Positions 10,382-16,367 of a DNA stretch of 24,818 nucleotides are shown piece by piece; position 1 is the first letter of the stretch, and each line of letters starts with the position of its first letter. This DNA comes from a virus (Duplodnaviria; Caudoviricetes): positions 1 to 24,818 of IMG/VR virus record IMGVR_UViG_3300020043_004254. One strand, given 5' to 3'. The position numbers and the translations under genes were made by a program. Under the pieces are notes generated by a model. The model had not been told where the DNA came from and made no database searches. It saw only the letters and a program-made list of their open reading frames with translations.

Positions 10382-11106
10382 GATTCCTCCGTTAATATTT
10401 TGAATGCTGTTGCAGCCACTGCTGGAACTTGTCCGTTTCCAATGGCTTTAAGTCTGTCCACCCTAGCGGCCACCCCATGAGCCACTCGACCCACGTCGGG
10501 TTCAACGTCCCACGCGCCCACTCCTCCGGCGTAGTCCCGCGAATTCTCGGGTCGTTCCCCAGCATCTTTTGCATTTTTCCGTCTGGGGTCCCGGCTGCGT
10601 CTTCGTTCGCCTGAGGAGTGAGCCACAATCCAGATCCTGTCCCTTTTGTGCGGGGCACCAGCGTCTGCCGCTCCCAGCACTCCCCATCTTGCATCAAACC
10701 CCATCGAGGCCAAATCTCCAAGGACTTTGCCGAGCCCTCTTCGAGTAAGCATTGGGCTGTTTTCCACGAACACGAATCGGGGTCGTACTTCGCCAACCAC
10801 CCGCGCCATCTCTCTCCACATTCCGCTTCTCTCTCCGTCAATCCCTGCGCCTTTTCCTGCTGCGCTGATGTCCTGGCACGGAAACCCTCCAGATACCACG
10901 TCAACAATTCCTCGCCACGGATTTCCGTCAAAGGTGCGAATGTCATCCCAAATCGGGAAAGGCGGGAGAACGCCGTCATTTTGTCTGGCGCACAATACGC
11001 TTGCGGGATAGGGCTCCCACTCAACGGCGCAGACGGTTCTCCATCCGAGCAGGTGTCCGCCAAGTATTCCTCCACCAGCGCCTGCGAAAAGAGCCAACTC
11101 ATTCAT
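10378..11106 (-). CDS. DNA (cytosine-5) methyltransferase, catalytic (alpha-like) polypeptide
   Basis: Motif I LFAGAGG, IV GGFPCQDIS, VI FVENSP, VIII HKRDRIW, X RLKAIGNGQVP. No motif IX or evident target-recognition domain in this frame. Confidence 0.92.
   Translation of the reverse strand: MNELALFAGAGGGILGGHLLGWRTVCAVEWEPYPASVLCARQNDGVLPPFPIWDDIRTFDGNPWRGIVDVVSGGFPCQDISAAGKGAGIDGERSGMWREMARVVGEVRPRFVFVENSPMLTRRGLGKVLGDLASMGFDARWGVLGAADAGAPHKRDRIWIVAHSSGERRRSRDPRRKNAKDAGERPENSRDYAGGVGAWDVEPDVGRVAHGVAARVDRLKAIGNGQVPAVAATAFKILTEES
10392..11102 (-). CDS. Overlapping-frame methyltransferase partner (beta-like polypeptide with motif IX)
   Basis: 236 aa stop-free alternative frame nested in the methyltransferase gene, ending in motif IX-like GTLNPTWVEWLMGWPLGWT; AGGA lies 6 nt before its ATG. 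Confidence 0.75.
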   Translation of the reverse strand: MSWLFSQALVEEYLADTCSDGEPSAPLSGSPIPQAYCAPDKMTAFSRLSRFGMTFAPLTEIRGEELLTWYLEGFRARTSAQQEKAQGLTEREAECGERWRGWLAKYDPDSCSWKTAQCLLEEGSAKSLEIWPRWGLMQDGECWERQTLVPRTKGTGSGLWLTPQANEDAAGTPDGKMQKMLGNDPRIRGTTPEEWARGTLNPTWVEWLMGWPLGWTDLKPLETDKFQQWLQQHSKY

Positions 11107-11118
11107 ATTCCTAATATT

Positions 11119-11188
11119 GCCTTGCCTTGCCGCGCCTTGCCCTTCCCGGCCGCGCCTGTCCTTGCCACTCCCTGCCGAGCGATGCCGA
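11119..11188 (-). repeat. Phased pentamer array, 14 x NN-GGC; candidate guide RNA
   Basis: Plus strand: gcctt gcctt gccgc gcctt gccct tcccg gccgc gcctg tcctt gccac tccct gccga gcgat gccga. 10 of 14 are GCC-NN, with no indels. Starts 1 nt after the stop of the RAMP-like gene. Confidence 0.9.
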
Positions 11189-11189
11189 G

Positions 11190-11789
11190 TTAATCCCAGC
11201 GATTCACGAAAAACTTTCCAAACAATCCTCGAAAGGTTCCAAGCCCAAGAGCCCTGCCGCCCTCCTCAAACAGATTGAGGATTTCTTGCTCCTGAATCTC
11301 TCTGGTCGGATAAAGCCGCAAAGTAAACGAAATGCTCCAAGGTGTAGGAACTACTGGTCGCACTTTAGGATTCGGAATCCCCTTGTCTAGTCTTGCGACA
11401 GAGCGATGAATGTATGCCCCAGACAATTCGTCTCTATCGTTTTCAAATTTTCCGAACGCAATGGGTTTCCCGTCTCGGAGTAGCGGGATGAAGTCCTCGC
11501 CAATCTCCACAAACGAGAGCATAGCGTTCGCGATGTCTTTATATTTCCTTTTGTCTCGTAGTCGCTTCGGCGCTGAATTGGTGTTGTGGGCCGACAAGAA
11601 CGACATAATGTTCGCTGCCGGCAATCCAATAATTTTGGAGTCTCCCGGCTGGAAGTAGAACTTCTGGTAAGGCTCCAGCTGGGTGGAGTTGTCCCCTGCG
11701 TACCTGTCGAACATGATTGGCTTCGTTCCGCATAGTTCTACAGACCTTTCGATGATTTCTGTGTGTCGATTTATTTTGACCGCGCTCAT
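11190..11789 (-). CDS. Solo RAMP/Cas7-like protein (Vipr-like candidate RNA-guided effector)
   Basis: 199 aa from ATG 11789 with SD GAGG. RAMP-like layout: SVELCGTKPIMF, IGLPAANIMSFL, RPVVPTPWSISFTLRL and a terminal Gly-rich loop LGLGTFRGLFGKFFV. The fold call is from motif pattern only. Confidence 0.75.
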   Translation of the reverse strand: MSAVKINRHTEIIERSVELCGTKPIMFDRYAGDNSTQLEPYQKFYFQPGDSKIIGLPAANIMSFLSAHNTNSAPKRLRDKRKYKDIANAMLSFVEIGEDFIPLLRDGKPIAFGKFENDRDELSGAYIHRSVARLDKGIPNPKVRPVVPTPWSISFTLRLYPTREIQEQEILNLFEEGGRALGLGTFRGLFGKFFVNRWD

Positions 11790-11815
11790 TTTTACCTCAA
11801 CTTTGTTTTGTGTTT

Positions 11816-11980
11816 GCCTTGCCTTGCCTCGCCTAGCCGCGCCACGCCGGGCCATGCCATGCCTGGCCCAGCCGTGCCAAGCCGCGCCTTGCCGCGCCGA
11901 GCCGCGCATTGCCCCGCCCAGCCTTTCCGTGCCGGGCCGAGCCTGGCCACGCCTGGCCGCGCCTCTCCGCTCCGCGCCGT
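11816..11980 (-). repeat. Phased pentamer array, 33 x NN-GGC; candidate guide RNA(s)
   Basis: 165 bp with exact 5-bp period. 29 of 33 units are GCC-NN on the plus strand (exceptions gcatt, tccgt, tccgc, tccgc). Intergenic, directly upstream of the RAMP-like gene. Confidence 0.95.
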
Positions 11981-11986
11981 TATCTA

Positions 11987-12247
11987 TTACCAGTATTCCT
12001 CATCCGGTCCGTCATCCTCGCTCATCATGACGAACAAAATCTCGGACTCAATTTCTGCTTTCTCTTCTCTGGTGAGTACCCAGTCCAGCTCCTCGCCATC
12101 CTCTGACAGCAAGCCCCATTCGGAGAAGTGACCTTCGCTGGGCGTCCAGTTATCTGGATGCCCCGATCGATTACCCTCGACAGGAGGGTCAAAGCTGCTC
12201 ACATCCACAATGACAATCTGTCCGCGTAGTTCAGTCTCAAATTGCAT
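11987..12247 (-). CDS. Small acidic hypothetical protein
   Basis: 86 aa, D/E-rich; SD GAGGTG upstream. Confidence 0.7.
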   Translation of the reverse strand: MQFETELRGQIVIVDVSSFDPPVEGNRSGHPDNWTPSEGHFSEWGLLSEDGEELDWVLTREEKAEIESEILFVMMSEDDGPDEEYW

Positions 12248-12250
12248 ACA

Positions 12251-12472
12251 TCACCTCACATGTCGCCAGGTTTGATAATTGACCGCATCCCATGCACTGC
12301 CGTAACTGACCGGAATCTCCAGAAGGTTGACCGCACATCTGATGCAGACCCCTTTCTGATGCAGTTCCCTAAGGCTTGCGACCTTCTCATCAGTCAGCTT
12401 TGCGCGATGGTGGGACTCCCCTGCTGGAGCCCCTCGATGCCCTCGCTTCCGTGGTATCATAGTACCAATCAA
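12251..12472 (-). CDS. Small HTH-like DNA-binding protein
   Basis: GESHHRAKLTDEKV...TWRHV pattern seen in phage HNH-associated DNA-binding modules. The start may instead be the ATG at 12460. Confidence 0.65.
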   Translation of the reverse strand: MIGTMIPRKRGHRGAPAGESHHRAKLTDEKVASLRELHQKGVCIRCAVNLLEIPVSYGSAWDAVNYQTWRHVR

Positions 12473-12720
12473 AACGGATTGTCATCATTAAATTCTTTCT
12501 CGACCACCTTTTTGGCTTGGTTGATTGCCCTGTTCCCAGCCTCAGACTTTTGCTGAAGTGCCAGGGACATGAACTTGCCCCCGTCCTTCTTCGAGGTCCG
12601 AATCCATGCTGACAGGTAATACTCGACCCCGTTGACCGTTACCCCACCCCGGTAGTCGGGATGGTTATCGGATTCCTTGCGGTCATTCTTGAACAGCACA
12701 CCACTATTGTCGCGTTCCAT
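12469..12720 (-). CDS. Putative single-stranded DNA-binding protein (DUF736-like)
   Basis: GVLFKNDRKESDNHPDYRG...LSAW...FMSL with acidic-aromatic tail DDNPF; directly after the ERF gene. Confidence 0.65.
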   Translation of the reverse strand: MERDNSGVLFKNDRKESDNHPDYRGGVTVNGVEYYLSAWIRTSKKDGGKFMSLALQQKSEAGNRAINQAKKVVEKEFNDDNPF

Positions 12721-13439
12721 TACTTGGCCTCCTTCAGGCTTCTGATAAATGCTTTCGTGTCTTCAGGACACATGTCCCACACCATGCGCTTGCCCTCTGC
12801 CGGAAGTTCTTCAAGCAGCTGGTTTGCATACGCCTCGTCCGTGTTTTCTCGGCACTCAATGAGGCTGGCAACGTACTCCATCCGCATCACTGCGGCCTTC
12901 TGTTCCAGCTCTCGTGCAAGCGCCTTCTGCTTCGTGTTCAGCCTTCCAAAAGCAAATCGGTAGCCCTGCTCGTCAACCTTCGCGAGGTTCAGCAGCGCCC
13001 AGCCGTTCTGTGTCTCCAGCGCCTTGACGACTTCGCCAAGGCGGCCTGATGCGTCCTCCTCGGTTCCCTTCGAGCTGTCGACCGCGTCATGCTCGACAAT
13101 CTCCAAAGCAGCGACCCATAAATAGCGCCGCGTGTACGTCTGAACCGCCCCGAGGTTTTGAACCTCGTGACACCCTTTGAGCTGCGCGCTCGACATGGGG
13201 CTGGTGATGACAATCTTTTCTTCAGGATTGTCTGCGTTCACGATTTCCATCCGGGCCTCTTCGGCGCCGAACGAAATCAGCGGACACAATCCGACCTCTG
13301 AGAAGATGTTGAGGGCAGGGATAATGAAGTCCCCAAGCTCGAAGTATTGATACCCCGCGAACTTGTTCTGACCAGACTTCTTGAGTGCGAGCTTATGGAA
13401 CGCAGAGCGTGCTGCGTTCAGTTTGAGATAGACATTCAT
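12720..13439 (-). CDS. erf: ERF-family single-strand annealing recombinase
   Basis: KKSGQNKFAGYQYFELGDF and the ERF signature GAVQTYTRRYLWVAALEI..HD..D. Confidence 0.85.
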   Translation of the reverse strand: MNVYLKLNAARSAFHKLALKKSGQNKFAGYQYFELGDFIIPALNIFSEVGLCPLISFGAEEARMEIVNADNPEEKIVITSPMSSAQLKGCHEVQNLGAVQTYTRRYLWVAALEIVEHDAVDSSKGTEEDASGRLGEVVKALETQNGWALLNLAKVDEQGYRFAFGRLNTKQKALARELEQKAAVMRMEYVASLIECRENTDEAYANQLLEELPAEGKRMVWDMCPEDTKAFIRSLKEAK

Positions 13440-13720
13440 GTTCTACTCCACAGGTTTTCGACTGACTTTCTTGCTGCCACTGCAAAAGTGGCGCACACCA
13501 TTTTCCCAAGTTCTGCCATCGCAGTCTTGCGGTCCTCGTGGTGACTGACGTACATGGCCGCGACCATGCCGATGATGTCGGCAGGGCAGTCAATCAAGAA
13601 TTCGACTCTGCCCTCATGGTCTGTCCAAGAGCTGATGATTTTGGCCTGTTCGTCGCGGGACAGGGCGTCCCAGTGTGCCCGACCTTCTGACTTTGCTTTC
13701 TCTGCAATCTGGTCCCACAT
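13436..13720 (-). CDS. Hypothetical protein
   Basis: 94 aa from ATG 13720 (MWDQIAEK...); ATGA overlap with erf. Confidence 0.6.
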   Translation of the reverse strand: MWDQIAEKAKSEGRAHWDALSRDEQAKIISSWTDHEGRVEFLIDCPADIIGMVAAMYVSHHEDRKTAMAELGKMVCATFAVAARKSVENLWSRT

Positions 13721-13722
13721 AA

Positions 13723-13827
13723 TTACCACCCATACAGCGGGCTAGTCTTCAGCCCGAAGTAAAGAAACGTTCCCCACACAGCGACTGCCAGAACAAGCTC
13801 TGCCAGCCAGCACAATACCTTTTTCAT
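13723..13827 (-). CDS. Small membrane peptide (34 aa), first gene of the leftward operon
   Basis: MKKVLCWLAELVLAVAVWGTFLYFGLKTSPLYGW; SD-like GAGGTGAGGT immediately upstream; absent from the ORF track because of its size. Confidence 0.65.
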   Translation of the reverse strand: MKKVLCWLAELVLAVAVWGTFLYFGLKTSPLYGW

Positions 13828-13855
13828 ACCTCACCTCACTTCGTTGTGTGGGAGC

Positions 13856-13883
13856 ATCCTACCAGACCCAGCACCCTTGTCCA
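13856..13883 (-). promoter_or_regulatory. Putative leftward sigma70 promoter
   Basis: Minus strand TGGACA-N16-TAGGAT with an extended -10 TG, upstream of the leftward operon. Confidence 0.45.
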
Positions 13884-13889
13884 ATGTTT

Positions 13890-13949
13890 TTCTGTTCCAA
13901 TGGTGACAACTTCTGTTCCTTTGGCGACAACTTGTAAGCATCACTTACA
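13890..13949. promoter_or_regulatory. Candidate operators: 21-bp tandem direct repeat plus 17-bp palindrome
   Basis: ttctgttccaatggtgacaac / ttctgttcctttggcgacaac (18 of 21 identical, 13890-13931), then TGTAAG-N5-CTTACA (13933-13949), between divergent promoters. Confidence 0.6.
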
Positions 13950-13951
13950 GG

Positions 13952-13979
13952 TTGACTGATGGTACGATAATGCTAAACT
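13952..13979 (+). promoter_or_regulatory. Putative rightward sigma70 promoter
   Basis: TTGACT-N16-TAAACT with an extended -10 TG; 6 nt separate it from the ATG at 13986. Confidence 0.6.
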
Positions 13980-13985
13980 CCGCCC

Positions 13986-14168
13986 ATGACGATTACCGAA
14001 AAGGCTAGGGCCTACGTGCACAGTATTCGTGGAGACTGGCCTCGGTTATGCGCAGACACCGGGCTGACGTACCACTGGGTCTGCAAGTTCGCTCAGGGGG
14101 TTATCAAGAACCCTTCGGCTGACTTTATCGAGAAGTTGATGAAGCATGAGAAGAAGCGACCATCCTGA
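13986..14168 (+). CDS. Cro-like XRE helix-turn-helix regulator
   Basis: 60 aa, WPRLCADTGLTYHWVCKFAQGVIKNPSADFIEKL; first gene of the rightward operon. Confidence 0.8.
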   Translation: MTITEKARAYVHSIRGDWPRLCADTGLTYHWVCKFAQGVIKNPSADFIEKLMKHEKKRPS

Positions 14169-14247
14169 GCTGGAGGGAATCATCATGGGTTCACTGATTG
14201 GGCTAATCATCTGGGGATTTATCATCACGATTGGAGCCGCCCTGTGA
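14146..14247 (+). CDS. Small membrane peptide (33 aa)
   Basis: MRRSDHPELEGIIMGSLIGLIIWGFIITIGAAL; fills the gap and has a GTGA overlap with the next gene. Confidence 0.5.
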   Translation: MRRSDHPELEGIIMGSLIGLIIWGFIITIGAAL

Positions 14248-14441
14248 CTCAGCGAGAAAAGGTCCTGAAAGCCCTTGAGAGGGGCCAGAGGCTTACACCG
14301 CTGGAGGCCCTGAACCGCGGCATGGGTCTACGCCTCGGAAGCCATATACACGCTCTCCGTAAGGCAGGGCACGACATCCGGTCTGAGCTTGTCCAGAAGG
14401 GTGATGCAAGAGTGGCGAAATACTGGTTGCACAAGGCTTGA
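14244..14441 (+). CDS. Winged-helix DNA-binding protein (phage HTH_39-like)
   Basis: TQREKVLKAL...LTPLEAL...RLGSHIHALRKAGHDI...VAKYWL. Confidence 0.75.
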   Translation: MTQREKVLKALERGQRLTPLEALNRGMGLRLGSHIHALRKAGHDIRSELVQKGDARVAKYWLHKA

Positions 14442-14455
14442 ACCAGTAATATTCT
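14427..14455 (+). promoter_or_regulatory. Putative sigma70 promoter for the structured RNA region
   Basis: TTGCAC-N17-TATTCT; the predicted +1 near 14460-14462 coincides with the start of a closed stem. Confidence 0.55.
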
Positions 14456-14459
14456 GAAC

Positions 14460-14512
14460 ATCGGCCTAGCATAGCTAGCGAAAAGAGGACTTCGACTACC
14501 CTCCTGGCCGAT
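14460..14512 (+). ncRNA. Candidate structured RNA (C4 antisense-like multi-stem element)
   Basis: Closing stem ATCGGCC/GGCCGAT and inner stem GAGG/CCTC; loop TCGACT is complementary to AGTCGA at 14522-14527. Family assignment is tentative. Confidence 0.45.
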
Positions 14513-14793
14513 TCTCTCCTCAGTCGATGGGTTCCTAGTCCGGGCCCGCGCAAACCCAGACTCGTACTCCGCACGTCAGCAGGTGCGTGTCTGTCGCAGC
14601 TCGGAAGAAAAGCAGACATCTAAGAGTGGGCAAAGGTCCGACCCCTGACCTCCACGACGGTGACGCACGGTACCCTAGTGCAACCGAAACGGAAGAATGA
14701 CCGGCAAGGCCTTCGGGCTTTGTTCGACAGGAAGGCTACTGAAAAAGGCCTTAAATACCTGTCACCGGAAAATGGGGAGGGTTTGCTTGAAAA

Positions 14794-15048
14794 ATGATTA
14801 ATCCACAGTTAAGAGCACTCAGAATGGAAATCCTCAGGGACAAAGCCTTGAGGGAAAGCTGGGAGGAGAGAGCAGCCATCATGCAATACGATGGGGGCCT
14901 CTCTAAAGAAGATGCAGAAGAACAAGCAATGATTGAGGTGTTAAATGCTAGACCCAGAGATGTGGACAGATTTCGTCCAGCACCGGAAAGATATCAAGAA
15001 ACCCCTAAGCCCAGTGGCCGAAAAAAGGATGCTTTCGAGGCTTTCTAG
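14794..15048 (+). CDS. Hypothetical replication-region protein
   Basis: Contains WEERAAIMQYDGGLSKEDAE, a motif I recognise from phage replication modules. Confidence 0.65.
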   Translation: MINPQLRALRMEILRDKALRESWEERAAIMQYDGGLSKEDAEEQAMIEVLNARPRDVDRFRPAPERYQETPKPSGRKKDAFEAF

Positions 15049-15250
15049 GTTTGTGGAACAGGGGATGAATGTGAACGCCATGCTGGAGCGCAGCATCGTG
15101 AATGGATGGCAGGACGTCTACCCCGAAAAACAGGAGTCCAGACCGCTCTCCCACCGGATTGCTGAAATCCCAGAAACCCCTGAAATCGACAGAGAGGCCG
15201 CCAGAGCGGCAGTCAAAGAAGCCATGGGGAAACTGAGGGTCATCCGATGA
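14945..15250 (+). CDS. Protein resembling the C-terminal domain of phage replication initiators
   Basis: WTDFVQHRKDIKKPLS...LERSIVNGWQDVY; SD GAGGTG upstream; ATGA overlap downstream. Confidence 0.6.
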   Translation: MLDPEMWTDFVQHRKDIKKPLSPVAEKRMLSRLSRFVEQGMNVNAMLERSIVNGWQDVYPEKQESRPLSHRIAEIPETPEIDREAARAAVKEAMGKLRVIR

Positions 15251-15690
15251 ATCGTGAAGAATACATCCAGAGAGCCGTAGAGATGGCCATGCGAGGCGAG
15301 GACCATCCTCACGCCCTGCTGACTGAGGCGCAGGTCAAGGAAATCAAGCACGCGGCTTGGCAGCGAAAACAGATTCGTGCTTGGGTGAGAGACAACGTCT
15401 CCGAGGCTGCATTATGTCGGAGGCATGGCCTGACCCGGCGGAAGCTCTGGGAGTTCAGAAATTGCGTGACAGAAATCAAGCAAGCCAAGACGCAGCGGGA
15501 TGAAATGAATTCCTTTGTGAGTCAGAATCTGACCAACGCTGCTCTGGCAAAACGGTTCAACGTCAGCCAGAACACCATCGATTCCATCGTTCGAGGGCTG
15601 AGGTGGGTACATGTGGACACGGAAAGGGGAATGGTTTCTCGAAGACCTGCCCTTCAAAATCTGCAAGGCTCTCGTCAACGGGCAAGCTAG
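15247..15690 (+). CDS. HTH-like DNA-binding protein with internal duplication
   Basis: RGEDHPHALLTEAQV...LAKRFNVSQNTIDSIVRGLRWVHV. Confidence 0.7.
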   Translation: MNREEYIQRAVEMAMRGEDHPHALLTEAQVKEIKHAAWQRKQIRAWVRDNVSEAALCRRHGLTRRKLWEFRNCVTEIKQAKTQRDEMNSFVSQNLTNAALAKRFNVSQNTIDSIVRGLRWVHVDTERGMVSRRPALQNLQGSRQRAS

Positions 15691-15865
15691 ATATACAGTC
15701 ACAGAAAACAAAGAAATCCGGGCGGTCTTTGACTGCCCGAATGAGGCTAAAACATGGGTCTCCCGGATGCTGAAAGGGTCGGAAAGGCCCTCAATTTTCT
15801 ATGCGATAGCGACGAGCCATACGCCAGAGCCGCCGCCCAGTTGGAGGCTGCGGAACTCCGAGTGA
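15611..15865 (+). CDS. Hypothetical protein
   Basis: 84 aa; GAGGTG upstream of the ATG; overlaps both neighbours. Confidence 0.5.
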   Translation: MWTRKGEWFLEDLPFKICKALVNGQARYTVTENKEIRAVFDCPNEAKTWVSRMLKGSERPSIFYAIATSHTPEPPPSWRLRNSE

Positions 15866-16074
15866 AGCAGGTTCGTGAGGTTGCCTTCCTTGAGGCCACG
15901 GGAACCCAAGCAGAGCGGGCCGCCAGGGCAAACCAGACTCCTGAGGCTCTAGAGGCCAACTCGGAGCTGGAGAAGAAGGTTTACCAGAAAGAACTTTTGA
16001 AAGCCCGCAGAGCGACAGCACTTGTCCTGATTGACGTCTGGAGGACGCTGGAAGCCTCCCAGCGGCGCTCATGA
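15754..16074 (+). CDS. Helical coiled-coil hypothetical protein
   Basis: 106 aa, A/E/R-rich, ending IDVWRTLEASQR; GAGG upstream; ATGA overlap downstream. Confidence 0.7.
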   Translation: MGLPDAERVGKALNFLCDSDEPYARAAAQLEAAELRVKQVREVAFLEATGTQAERAARANQTPEALEANSELEKKVYQKELLKARRATALVLIDVWRTLEASQRRS

Positions 16075-16367
16075 ACTGGCGCAGCCGGAAGTACCTTGAC
16101 AGGGTAAAAGACCTCTCTTGTCGTCTGTGCGGGGCTGAGGACGGGACCATCGTCCCAGCTCATTACTCGGGATATATGTCCCACAAACTTGGTAAGGGCA
16201 TGGGGCAGAAAGCCTCCGACCATTGCGTTGCTGCGCTGTGTCATTCCTGCCACACCCAGATGGATAGTTACAAAGACGGGAACGGCAAGGACAGGGCCAT
16301 TGCGTTCATGATTGCCATTCTGGAAACACAAGGAGAGCTGTTGAATGCGTCGGGCTGCAAAGGTTGA
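16071..16367 (+). CDS. Zn-binding putative nuclease (DUF968/DUF1364-like)
   Basis: RSRKYLDRVKDLSCRLCG...AH...GKGMGQKASD...LCHSCH. Confidence 0.75.
   Translation: MNWRSRKYLDRVKDLSCRLCGAEDGTIVPAHYSGYMSHKLGKGMGQKASDHCVAALCHSCHTQMDSYKDGNGKDRAIAFMIAILETQGELLNASGCKG

Noticed and set aside
11790-11909. 40-codon N-terminal extension of the RAMP-like ORF (MRGSARQGAAWHG...) and other ORFs crossing the arrays
   Set aside because: These result from stop-poor GC-rich pentamers. A good SD precedes ATG 11789, and 5-bp periodicity is not codon-compatible.
11119-11980. Pentamer arrays as a canonical CRISPR array or simple microsatellite
   Set aside because: There are no 25-45 bp repeats with unique spacers. 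Position-specific variation without indels is unlike slippage decay.
11816-11980. Self-target of the NN code within this window
   Set aside because: I found no convincing gapped match by eye. The check was limited, so a computational search is needed and nothing is claimed.
10378-11980. Functional link between the methyltransferase and GGCC sites in the arrays
   Set aside because: Methyltransferase specificity is unknown and GGCC arises automatically from GGC-CN units. Adjacency alone is insufficient.
14460-14540. tRNA gene
   Set aside because: TTCGA is present, but the element is too short and lacks D-arm and anticodon-arm geometry and a CCA end.
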